Positions 56,375 through 64,000 of a stretch of 64,000 bases of DNA are shown in pieces. The DNA is taken from NCBI GenBank assembly GCA_029242795.1, contig JAQWTH010000028.1:4150-68149 (forward strand). The letters are read 5' to 3'. The stretch comes from Candidatus Pelagibacterales bacterium. GTDB taxonomy: Bacteria > Pseudomonadota > Alphaproteobacteria > Pelagibacterales > AG-422-B15. Numbering within the stretch: position 1 is the first letter of the stretch; the number at the start of each line of letters is the position of its first letter. Made by a program: the position numbers and the translations under genes. The notes under the pieces were generated by a model. It did not search any database. It worked only from the letters and a program-made list of their open reading frames with translations, and was not told where the DNA came from.

Positions 56375-56844
56375 TGGTAAAGAAACAGATAGACAGCACT
56401 GATCTAAAAATATTAAGAATTTTACAAGATGAAGGTCGGATATCTAATTTAGATTTAGCAAAAAAAATTAATATGTCTCCGCCACCTACATTAAGACGTG
56501 TTAGAGATTTAGAGCAAGGCGGTTTTATTGATGAGTATAGGGCAAATATTAATGCAGCAAAGCTTGGTTTTGATCTTACTGTATGGATTTTTGTGAGTCT
56601 TAAAAACCAAAATGAAGAAAGTCTTAGGCAATTTGAGAAACTTGTGTGGGGCTGGGAGCAAGTAAGAGAGTGCTATATGTTAAATGGGGAGGTAGATTTC
56701 ATTTTGAAGTGTATTTCTAAAAATATGGAAGATTTTAATAATTTTTTGACAAACCAAGTTACATCCTATGAAAATATTTCTAGTGTTAAAACTGCATTTG
56801 CTATTAAAAATACTAAATCATTAGGGAAAGTACCACTCGATTAA
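56359..56844 (+). CDS. Lrp/AsnC-family transcriptional regulator
   Basis: DLKILRILQDEGRISNLDLAKKINMSPPPTLRRVRDLEQGGFI HTH plus a C-terminal RAM/AsnC_trans_reg domain. The ORF-track start is TTG 56359. GTG 56374 (1-nt overlap with the upstream stop) is an equally plausible start. Confidence 0.87.
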   Translation: MASRVVVKKQIDSTDLKILRILQDEGRISNLDLAKKINMSPPPTLRRVRDLEQGGFIDEYRANINAAKLGFDLTVWIFVSLKNQNEESLRQFEKLVWGWEQVRECYMLNGEVDFILKCISKNMEDFNNFLTNQVTSYENISSVKTAFAIKNTKSLGKVPLD

Positions 56845-57806
56845 TGAAAATTAGTAATTGGATTTACAGTAATATCCTCTGCTTTTAGCCTTTTGATAGA
56901 ATTAATGCAGGCCCTAGCACCTGAAACTGTCAATGAGTAAGGTATATTTTTAATTAATGCTGTTCTTCTAATCCCAAAAGAGTCATTAATTGATTTTCTA
57001 GTTTCTGTCGTATTTATAACAATATCAATCTTATCTTCTAGTAGTGCATCAACACAATGTGGTGATCCTTGAGATACTTTATTGATTATTTTAGTTTTTA
57101 CTCCTCCATCTAATAGAAATTGAGCCGTACCTGATGTAGCTAAGATTTTGAACCCTTGTTTACTAAAAGAACGAATAACAGGAAGTATTTTTGCTTTATC
57201 AGTGTCTTTTACAGAAACAAATAAAGTTCCCTTTTGTGGTAATGGATTAGAGGCAGCAAGCTGGCATTTAATAAAAGCACTCTCAAAACTTTTATCAATT
57301 GCCATTACTTCGCCAGTTGATTTCATTTCAGGCCCTAGAATTGTATCAACATTTGGAAAGCGTTTGAAAGGAAAAACAGGCTCTTTGATTGCAATAAAAT
57401 TTCCTTTTTGTTTCTTTAATTCATTTAATTTTAATTTTTGGCCCATGACCACTTTTGATGCAATCTTGACAATTTGATTTCCTGTTGCTTTTGCTACAAA
57501 AGGAACGGTTCGACTACTTCTTGGATTAACTTCTAACAGAAAAATATTATTATTTTGAATCGCAAATTGTATATTTAGCAATCCTTTAACATTGAGTGCT
57601 CTGGCTAGCTTAACTGTTTGTTTTTTTATGTTCTCAATTATTTTTTCAGATAAAGAATATGGTGGAAGGGTACACGTAGAGTCTCCTGAGTGGATACCCG
57701 CTTCTTCAATATGTTCCATAATCCCTGCTATTAATATATTTTTACCATCTGAAATTGCATCTACATCTACTTCGATTGAGTCTTTTAAATAACTGTCTAT
57801 TAGCAC
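56841..57806 (-). CDS. carB: carB C-terminal fragment (321 aa ORF as tracked; same locus)
   Basis: Rest of the second ATP-grasp domain (EVNPRSSRTVPFVAKATG) plus the MGS-like allosteric domain. The tracked GTG start at 57806 is in frame with the upstream fragment. Confidence 0.85.
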   Translation of the reverse strand: MLIDSYLKDSIEVDVDAISDGKNILIAGIMEHIEEAGIHSGDSTCTLPPYSLSEKIIENIKKQTVKLARALNVKGLLNIQFAIQNNNIFLLEVNPRSSRTVPFVAKATGNQIVKIASKVVMGQKLKLNELKKQKGNFIAIKEPVFPFKRFPNVDTILGPEMKSTGEVMAIDKSFESAFIKCQLAASNPLPQKGTLFVSVKDTDKAKILPVIRSFSKQGFKILATSGTAQFLLDGGVKTKIINKVSQGSPHCVDALLEDKIDIVINTTETRKSINDSFGIRRTALIKNIPYSLTVSGARACINSIKRLKAEDITVNPITNFH

Positions 57807-57854
57807 TGGACTATCACCTGAAATAATAACGGCTTGTTTGAAGTATTTTTTTAA

Positions 57855-60080
57855 TTATTCTTTATTATGAACGATTTCCATTGCCCTTCCTCCAAGAACG
57901 TAAGAAGGTCTGATTACGGCTGGGAATCCAATCTTTTTAATAATTTGAAAAGCTTCTTTCTCGGAGAATGCAATTCCATTTGCAGGTTGTAACAAGTTAA
58001 GATCTTCTGCAATTTTCTTAAACCTTTCTCTATCTTCTGCCAGATCAATCGAGTCAACAGATGTGCCTAAAATAGGTATTTTCATTTTTTCCAGAAAACT
58101 TGATAGCTTTAATGGCGTTTGACCTCCAAACTGAACAATTACCCCCATAAGTTTTCCATTTAATTTTTCTCTTCTTATAATTTCAAATACATCCTCACTT
58201 GTTAATGGCTCAAAATAAAGTCTATCACTCGTATCAGGATCAGTTGAAACTGTCTCAGGATTGCAGTTAATCATTATTGTCTCATAGTTCATTTTTTTGA
58301 TTGCAAAAGATGCGTGAACACAACAATAATCAAATTCAACCCCTTGACCAATTCGGTTTGGACCACTGCCTAATATTATTACTTTTTTCTTATTTGAAGG
58401 CCTTGACTCACAAAATTTATTTGTAACGTCATTTTTTTTATAAGTTGAATACATGTATGGTGTTAGGGATTTAAATTCGGCTGCGCAGGTATCTATTCTT
58501 TTGAAGTCAGGAAATACTTTAAGTTTGTTTCTAATTTGAAGAATATCATCAGATTTTTTACTAACTAATTGAGCTAATTTTTTATCTGAAAATCCCATTG
58601 ATTTAATATGCTGAAACGCATGAGCAGATTTTGGTAGACCCGTTCTCTTAATTTCATTTTCTTTTTTGACAATTTCATTGATCTGACCAATAAACCAAGG
58701 ATCTATCTTTGATGCATTAAATATTTCTTTAATTGACTTACCAAATCGAAGAGCTTGTGCAACAAGCAAGACTCTATCAACAATTGGTTTTTTTAATTCA
58801 GTAAGGATATTTTTTTTTGTAAGAGGTTTTTGGCTACTTGTTTCTTTTACATTGTCGAACCCTTCAAAACCAACTTCTAGTGACCTTAAAGCTTTTTGAA
58901 TAGATTCGTTAAAAGAGCGACCAATTGCCATTACTTCACCAACTGATTTCATTGAGCTTGAAAGTAATGGTTTGGTAACCTGAAACTTTTCAAAAGTAAA
59001 ACGAGGTATCTTAGTTACGACGTAATCTATTGTTGGTTCAAACGAAGCAGGAGTAACTCTAGTAATCTCATTATCAAGTTCGTCAAGCGTATAGCCCACA
59101 GCTAATTTTGCTGCAATCTTTGCAATTGGAAACCCAGTAGCTTTCGAAGCCAAAGCAGAGGATCTTGAAACTCTTGGATTCATTTCAATAATAACCAATC
59201 TTCCATTTTTTGGATTTACTGCAAATTGAACATTTGATCCTCCTGTTTCAACACCAATTTCTCTTAAACATGCTATAGATGCATTTCTCATTACTTGATA
59301 TTCTTTATCAGTAAGTGTTAGGGCGGGGGCAACTGTAATAGAGTCTCCAGTATGGATTCCCATAGGATCTAGGTTTTCAATTGAACATACAATAATACAG
59401 TTATCGTTTTTATCTCTAACGACTTCCATTTCATATTCTTTCCATCCAGCAATTGACTCTTCGATCAATATTTCATTTATGGGAGAGTTATGAAGGCCAG
59501 ACTTTATTATTTCATCAAATTCTTTCTTAGTGTTTGCTATACCACCCCCTGTTCCACCTAAAGTGAGTGACGGTCGAATAATAACAGGTAAACCTAATTT
59601 TTTGAGCGACTTATATGAATCTTTTACATTTCTTGCTATTTCAGCTTTAGGACAATCAAGTCCTATTTTTTTCATGGCCTTATAAAAACTTTCTCTTTCT
59701 TCTGCTTTTTTTATTGCTTTTAAATTTGCCCCAATTAATTCGACATTATATTTCTTAAGAGTTCCATTCTCTGCAAGACTTAACGCAATATTCAAGGCTG
59801 TCTGACCCCCCATCGTTGGAAGCATTACGTCAGGCTTTTCTTTAATAATTATTTTTTTAACTACATCTGGGGTAATCGGTTCAATATATACAACGTCCGC
59901 AGTTTCAGGATCTGTCATAATGGTTGCTGGATTTGAGTTAATAAGTATTACCCTGTAGCCCTCTTCCATAAGTGCTTTACAAGCCTGTGTGCCTGAATAG
60001 TCAAACTCACACGCTTGACCAATGATTATTGGACCAGCACCAACAACTAATATTGATTTAATATCTTTTCTTTTTGCCAT
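57855..60080 (-). CDS. carB: carB N-terminal fragment (741 aa; same locus as the pseudogene entry)
   Basis: [24 protein letters not shown], the first ATP-grasp domain, the oligomerisation domain, and the start of the second ATP-grasp domain ([18 protein letters not shown]). Ends at the in-frame TAA. Confidence 0.9.
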   Translation of the reverse strand: MAKRKDIKSILVVGAGPIIIGQACEFDYSGTQACKALMEEGYRVILINSNPATIMTDPETADVVYIEPITPDVVKKIIIKEKPDVMLPTMGGQTALNIALSLAENGTLKKYNVELIGANLKAIKKAEERESFYKAMKKIGLDCPKAEIARNVKDSYKSLKKLGLPVIIRPSLTLGGTGGGIANTKKEFDEIIKSGLHNSPINEILIEESIAGWKEYEMEVVRDKNDNCIIVCSIENLDPMGIHTGDSITVAPALTLTDKEYQVMRNASIACLREIGVETGGSNVQFAVNPKNGRLVIIEMNPRVSRSSALASKATGFPIAKIAAKLAVGYTLDELDNEITRVTPASFEPTIDYVVTKIPRFTFEKFQVTKPLLSSSMKSVGEVMAIGRSFNESIQKALRSLEVGFEGFDNVKETSSQKPLTKKNILTELKKPIVDRVLLVAQALRFGKSIKEIFNASKIDPWFIGQINEIVKKENEIKRTGLPKSAHAFQHIKSMGFSDKKLAQLVSKKSDDILQIRNKLKVFPDFKRIDTCAAEFKSLTPYMYSTYKKNDVTNKFCESRPSNKKKVIILGSGPNRIGQGVEFDYCCVHASFAIKKMNYETIMINCNPETVSTDPDTSDRLYFEPLTSEDVFEIIRREKLNGKLMGVIVQFGGQTPLKLSSFLEKMKIPILGTSVDSIDLAEDRERFKKIAEDLNLLQPANGIAFSEKEAFQIIKKIGFPAVIRPSYVLGGRAMEIVHNKE

Positions 60081-61236
60081 GTTTTAAATGATCTTTGATT
60101 GATGAAATAAAATCTTCAAATAGATAATGACTATCATGAGGACCAGGTGAAGCTTCTGGATGATACTGAACTGAAAATACTTTTTTGCTTTTATGTCTTA
60201 TTCCTTCAACAGATCCATCAAAAAGTGATTTATGTGTAATTAGAACTGATTTAGGCACAGATTTTTCTTCAACTACAAATCCATGATTTTGAGAAGTAAT
60301 TTCAACTTTATTTGTAATTAAGTTTTTAACTGGATGATTGGCACCTCTATGCCCTTGAAACATTTTTTTTGTCTTGGCTCCGAGAGCTAATGAAATAAGC
60401 TGATGCCCTAGACATATACCAAATATTGGAATTTTCATTTCTATCAATTCTTTTATTATTGGAATTGCATATTTACCTGTAGCTTTGGGATCGCCAGGCC
60501 CATTCGATAAAAAAATTCCATCAGGCCTGAAACTCATGATCATTTCTGTGCTAGATGCTGCAGGTACAATTATTACTTCAGCATTTAAGTTTATAAGTGA
60601 GTTTATAATGTTGTGCTTAATTCCGTAATCGATAGCGACTATTCTAATTAGGTTTTTTTTGTTTTTTGATTTCAAGGTAAAAGGTTTTTTACATGACACT
60701 TCTTTTGCAAGATCAAGATTATTTAATCCGCTCCAGTCATTAATTAATTTTAGATTATTTTTTAGAGATGATTGATCATTTTTTTTTGTATTTAATAAAC
60801 ATTTATAAGCACCATTTTCTCTTATTAAATTTGTCATGGATCGAGTATCGACATTACAAATTCCAGGTATATCATTTTCCTTAAGCCAAGAATCTAAATG
60901 CTTAATTGATCTAAAATTTGAGGGCTCTGATATGTCAGCACTTATTACCACTCCACTTGCAAAAGGAACAAATGTTTCATTATCAAATTTATTTGTTCCA
61001 ACATTTCCTATATGAGGAAAAGTAAAGTTAATTATTTGTCCAGCATATGAAGGATCTGAAATAATTTCTTGGTATCCAGTCATTGAAGTATTAAAACATA
61101 TTTCTCCCACCACCTTCTTTCTAGCACCAATTGCGAAGCCTGAAAAAACAGATTTATCTTGAAGAACTATATTTGCTTGAGAATCGAAAGATCGGGATAC
61201 TTTATTAAGTTTTCTCGATCGATTACTTGTTTTCAT
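60058..61236 (-). CDS. carA: carbamoyl-phosphate synthase small (glutaminase) subunit
   Basis: 392 aa with [10 protein letters not shown] and the triad GICLGHQL and [12 protein letters not shown]. The 3' end overlaps the carB start by 23 nt. Confidence 0.95.
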   Translation of the reverse strand: MKTSNRSRKLNKVSRSFDSQANIVLQDKSVFSGFAIGARKKVVGEICFNTSMTGYQEIISDPSYAGQIINFTFPHIGNVGTNKFDNETFVPFASGVVISADISEPSNFRSIKHLDSWLKENDIPGICNVDTRSMTNLIRENGAYKCLLNTKKNDQSSLKNNLKLINDWSGLNNLDLAKEVSCKKPFTLKSKNKKNLIRIVAIDYGIKHNIINSLINLNAEVIIVPAASSTEMIMSFRPDGIFLSNGPGDPKATGKYAIPIIKELIEMKIPIFGICLGHQLISLALGAKTKKMFQGHRGANHPVKNLITNKVEITSQNHGFVVEEKSVPKSVLITHKSLFDGSVEGIRHKSKKVFSVQYHPEASPGPHDSHYLFEDFISSIKDHLKHGKKKRY

Positions 61237-61381
61237 TAAAAATGATTCTAGATTTATAGGAACTTAATCTAATAATTTGCCCGTTGCAAGCCAGAATTTA
61301 AGCTCAAAAAAAATTATGTAACATTTGTTGATATGATAACTATCTTAATATAAGTTCAGCTGTTTTTTAATAATATTGATC

Positions 61382-61834
61382 ATGAAAAATATAATTGTTA
61401 ATGAGCTATCTAGCTCACTTAAAAGTGGCAACAAGACAAGAATTCATACTTTAAGATTAATAATCGCAGCAATAAAAGATAAAGAAATTGCCAGTAGGTC
61501 TAATGGAGAAAATGAAGAGATCTCAGATGAAGTCGTTATCAATCTTCTAAAAAAAATGATCAAACAAAGAAATGACTCTATTGAGATGTTTGAAAAAGCT
61601 AATAGACAAGAGTTAGTTGAAAAAGAGCAGGGAGAAATCATAATTATAAGTGAGTTTTTGCCCGCTCAACTAGACGAATCTCAAACAATAAAAGTTTGTG
61701 AAGAAGCGATAAGTCAATCAAGTGCTCAAAATTTAAAGGACATTGGGAAAGTAATAAAACTATTAAAAGAGAGACACTCTGACTCTCTTGACATGTCAAT
61801 TGCAAGTAGAATTTTAAAGGAAAAACTAAAATAG
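61382..61834 (+). CDS. GatB/YqeY domain-containing protein
   Basis: About 150 aa with R..TLRLIIAAIKDKEI and the E.EIIISEFLP motif. ATG 61382 is preferred over the tracked TTG 61376. Confidence 0.8.
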   Translation: MKNIIVNELSSSLKSGNKTRIHTLRLIIAAIKDKEIASRSNGENEEISDEVVINLLKKMIKQRNDSIEMFEKANRQELVEKEQGEIIIISEFLPAQLDESQTIKVCEEAISQSSAQNLKDIGKVIKLLKERHSDSLDMSIASRILKEKLK

Positions 61835-61888
61835 TTTAAAATTAATTTTAAGACAATTTTACTTGATATCGCTATTATAATTTGAATT

Positions 61889-63697
61889 ATGGCCCGATAC
61901 AGTAAAGATTTTATCAGTGAAATTAAAGGACGCTTAAAGGTATCTGATGTTGTCCAAAGATCAGTGAAGCTGACTCAAAGAGGCGCTGAGTTTGTAGGTC
62001 TTAGTCCTTTTAAAAATGAGAAGACACCATCATTTACAGTAAACGATCAAAAAGAGTTCTATCATTGCTTCAGTACCTCTGAACATGGGGATATTTTTTC
62101 TTTTATTATGAAAACTAAAGGTCTTACTTACCCTGAAGCAATTGAAACGCTTGCAAGACAAGCTGGGCTTGATCCTGAAAAAGGAAAAATAAAAGATAAT
62201 AACTATAGTGAACAAATAAATTTAAACTTTTTTAAACTGATAGATGAAGCTAAAAATTTTTACATAGAAAATTTAAAAATATCCAATATTCCGAAGTTAT
62301 ATCTAGATAAACGAGATGTGAATAAAGAGATCATTTCTAAGTTCGAGATTGGATATGCTAATAATCAAAATAATGATTTATTTAATTTTCTTAAATCGAA
62401 AGGATATAAAGTTGCAGATATTCTTAAACTTGGTTTAATTAAAAAATCAAAATATAAAGAAAATGAATATTATGATTTCTTTAGAAATCGATTAATTTTT
62501 CCTATTAAAGATTATCGATCTCGAGTAATTGCATTTGGTGGAAGAGAATTAGATAATTCTGAAATAAAATATATTAATTCCTCTGATAGTATCATTTTTA
62601 AAAAAAGTTTTAATCTTTACAATATAAGTTTAGCAATTGAAGAAAAAAGAAACTTAGATGAGCTCTATTTAGTAGAGGGGTATATGGATGTGGTTTCTCT
62701 ATATCAAAATGGATTCAAGACAGTTGTTGCTCCATTAGGTACTGCAGTTACAAAATTTCAATTGGAAGCGATGTGGAGGTATTGTAAGTGCCCTACAATA
62801 ATATTTGATGGCGATGAAGCGGGGCAGAAAGCTGCCTTAAGAGCTGCACGATTAAGTTTGCCTTTATTAAAACCAGAGTATTCTCTTAAAATTTGTATTT
62901 TGCCGAATAATATTGATCCAGATGATTATCTTAAACAAAACTCCGATGGAGATTTTAAAAGGTTATTAAATAAATCTCAAAGTCTGTCAGATTTTATTTG
63001 GAATAGTGAATATAGTAATTCTGATATTTCAACTCCTGAACAAAAAGCAGGATTTGAAAAGAAGATAATTAGTATCACGAATGAAATAGCTGATAAAACA
63101 ATTGCCGATTACTATAAAAAATATTTTAATGATAAAATAACTGAACTTAAAAGATCCAATAATGTTAATATTATTTCAAAACAATATAAAAATTTTTCAA
63201 AACCATCTAGTGAGGCACTAAAAAGCGAAAGAGCGAATTCAAGTCAGCCTGAGTCAATAATTAGAGAAAAAATTATGTTATGGATGATGATAGAGAATCA
63301 TCACTTAGTTGACAAATACATCGAAGAAATCGGCAATATACAATTTAATGACAAGAATTTAGCAAAAATATGCTCAAAAATTCTTGATTTTTGCTCTCAA
63401 GATAACAAAAATCTTGAAAATAAAGACTTAAAGACATATTTAGAAGCATCGGAATTTTCGAAATTAATAAGAGGTGTCTATAATCCTTCTCTTGTAGAGA
63501 CGTATAAATTTTTAATAAATAAACAGCAAATTGAACAAGAAAAAAGTTTTGAAGAGCTGCTAAAAATGCATAGTGTTTCTCTTAGTAATGAGACTTTAGA
63601 TCAAGCGGTATTAGATCTTGAGAAGAATATGGACCAAGAAAGTTTTGAAAATTTTGTAAAAGCCAAGATGGAAAGTTTAAACAAGGATAATAAATGA
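61889..63697 (+). CDS. dnaG: DNA primase
   Basis: 602 aa with a zf-CHC2-like region (NEKTPSFTVN..FYHCF..HGD), a TOPRIM domain (LYLVEGYMDV, IIFDGDEAGQKAA) and a C-terminal helical domain. Canonical zinc ligands are partly substituted (see findings). Confidence 0.93.
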   Translation: MARYSKDFISEIKGRLKVSDVVQRSVKLTQRGAEFVGLSPFKNEKTPSFTVNDQKEFYHCFSTSEHGDIFSFIMKTKGLTYPEAIETLARQAGLDPEKGKIKDNNYSEQINLNFFKLIDEAKNFYIENLKISNIPKLYLDKRDVNKEIISKFEIGYANNQNNDLFNFLKSKGYKVADILKLGLIKKSKYKENEYYDFFRNRLIFPIKDYRSRVIAFGGRELDNSEIKYINSSDSIIFKKSFNLYNISLAIEEKRNLDELYLVEGYMDVVSLYQNGFKTVVAPLGTAVTKFQLEAMWRYCKCPTIIFDGDEAGQKAALRAARLSLPLLKPEYSLKICILPNNIDPDDYLKQNSDGDFKRLLNKSQSLSDFIWNSEYSNSDISTPEQKAGFEKKIISITNEIADKTIADYYKKYFNDKITELKRSNNVNIISKQYKNFSKPSSEALKSERANSSQPESIIREKIMLWMMIENHHLVDKYIEEIGNIQFNDKNLAKICSKILDFCSQDNKNLENKDLKTYLEASEFSKLIRGVYNPSLVETYKFLINKQQIEQEKSFEELLKMHSVSLSNETLDQAVLDLEKNMDQESFENFVKAKMESLNKDNK

Positions 63698-64000
63698 AAA
63701 AAAGAGGTAGAAAAAAGAAGGTAGTCTTAAGTACTCCTCAAAATGAAAACTCCTCAGCTACTGATCAAGATGGACCAGTTTTAGATCTTGAAAAATCAAT
63801 CATTAAGAAACTTATTCGTAAAGGTAAAAAAGATGGATACTTAACTAATGAATTGATTAAAAAATCTTTTCCTGAAGATAAATTCACATCTGAACAGATT
63901 GAGCAATATACAACCAAATTATCAGAAGTTGGTTTTGATATTATAGATTCAGATGACTCAGATAATGATGATGAAACTGAAAGTGAAGAGGGCACTGAAG
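63694..64000 (+). CDS. rpoD: RNA polymerase sigma-70 factor RpoD, N-terminal 102 codons (runs off the window end)
   Basis: Open-ended, so absent from the ORF track. ATG 63694 overlaps the dnaG stop (ATGA). MKKRGRKKK...LIRKGKKDGYLTNELIKKSF...IEQYTTKLSEVGFDIID followed by an acidic run fits sigma-70 region 1.1, and the dnaG-rpoD order is conserved. Confidence 0.8.
   Translation, partial: MKKRGRKKKVVLSTPQNENSSATDQDGPVLDLEKSIIKKLIRKGKKDGYLTNELIKKSFPEDKFTSEQIEQYTTKLSEVGFDIIDSDDSDNDDETESEEGTE

Larger units (their letters stand above)
56841..60080 (-). pseudogene. carB: carbamoyl-phosphate synthase large subunit, full-length frame interrupted by one in-frame TAA at 57857-57855
   Basis: 1080 codons in a single frame. 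The minus-strand read is ...ATGGAAATCGTTCATAATAAAGAA TAA TTAAAAAAATACTTCAAACAAGCC..., giving [28 protein letters not shown]. CarB-like sequence continues on both sides of the stop. Confidence 0.8.

Noticed and set aside
57855-57857. The idea that the TAA inside carB reflects an alternative genetic code.
   Set aside because: TAA terminates many well-delimited genes in this same window at their expected lengths (for example coxA, ctaB, rnhA, prx and carA), so the standard stop assignment holds.
61237-61381. The carA / yqeY-dnaG-rpoD divergent spacer, including a slightly GC-richer TTGCCCGTTGCAAGCC patch, examined for ARG boxes or small ORFs.
   Set aside because: There is no match to the ARG-box consensus (TNTGAATWWWWATTCANW) and only trivially short ORFs. 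It is most simply a pair of divergent promoters.

Overview
This is an AT-rich (about 30% GC by eye), very compact alphaproteobacterial chromosome segment. Gene content and synteny fit a streamlined Pelagibacterales (SAR11)-like genome. The markers are ccrM, the F0 operon atpI-atpB-atpE-b'-b, coxB-coxA-ctaB-ctaG-coxC-surf1, petABC, and ELM1-like and NDUFAF7-like genes, with tiny spacers and many 1-23 nt gene overlaps. This lineage call is inference only, since no database search was possible. I call about 70 protein genes and one tRNA-Gln(UUG). By my tally from the coordinates, only about 1.9 kb (about 3%) is not covered by a called gene. I see no rRNA, CRISPR array, transposase, integrase, prophage or defence-island content. 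The window is essentially core housekeeping: respiration, ATP synthase, DNA repair and replication, translation factors, and amino-acid, nucleotide and cofactor synthesis. I did not find a convincing novel multi-gene system. Items worth a second look, all found by reading the sequence: (1) carB is cut by one in-frame TAA inside otherwise perfectly conserved sequence. (2) The DnaG zinc-ribbon motif has lost 3 of its 4 canonical CHC2 ligands while the surrounding motif is conserved. (3) The SMC protein is short (864 aa) and has no recognisable hinge domain. (4) Three CcrM (GANTC) sites sit within 40 bp immediately upstream of ccrM. (5) An abutting ELM1-like and 2OG/Fe(II)-oxygenase-like gene pair has unknown function. 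(6) An unlisted 36-codon membrane peptide ORF lies between ctaB and ctaG. (7) A MarR-OmpR-EnvZ triad resembles PetP/PetR. All functional calls rest on motif recognition from memory, and start codons are the least certain part of the coordinates.
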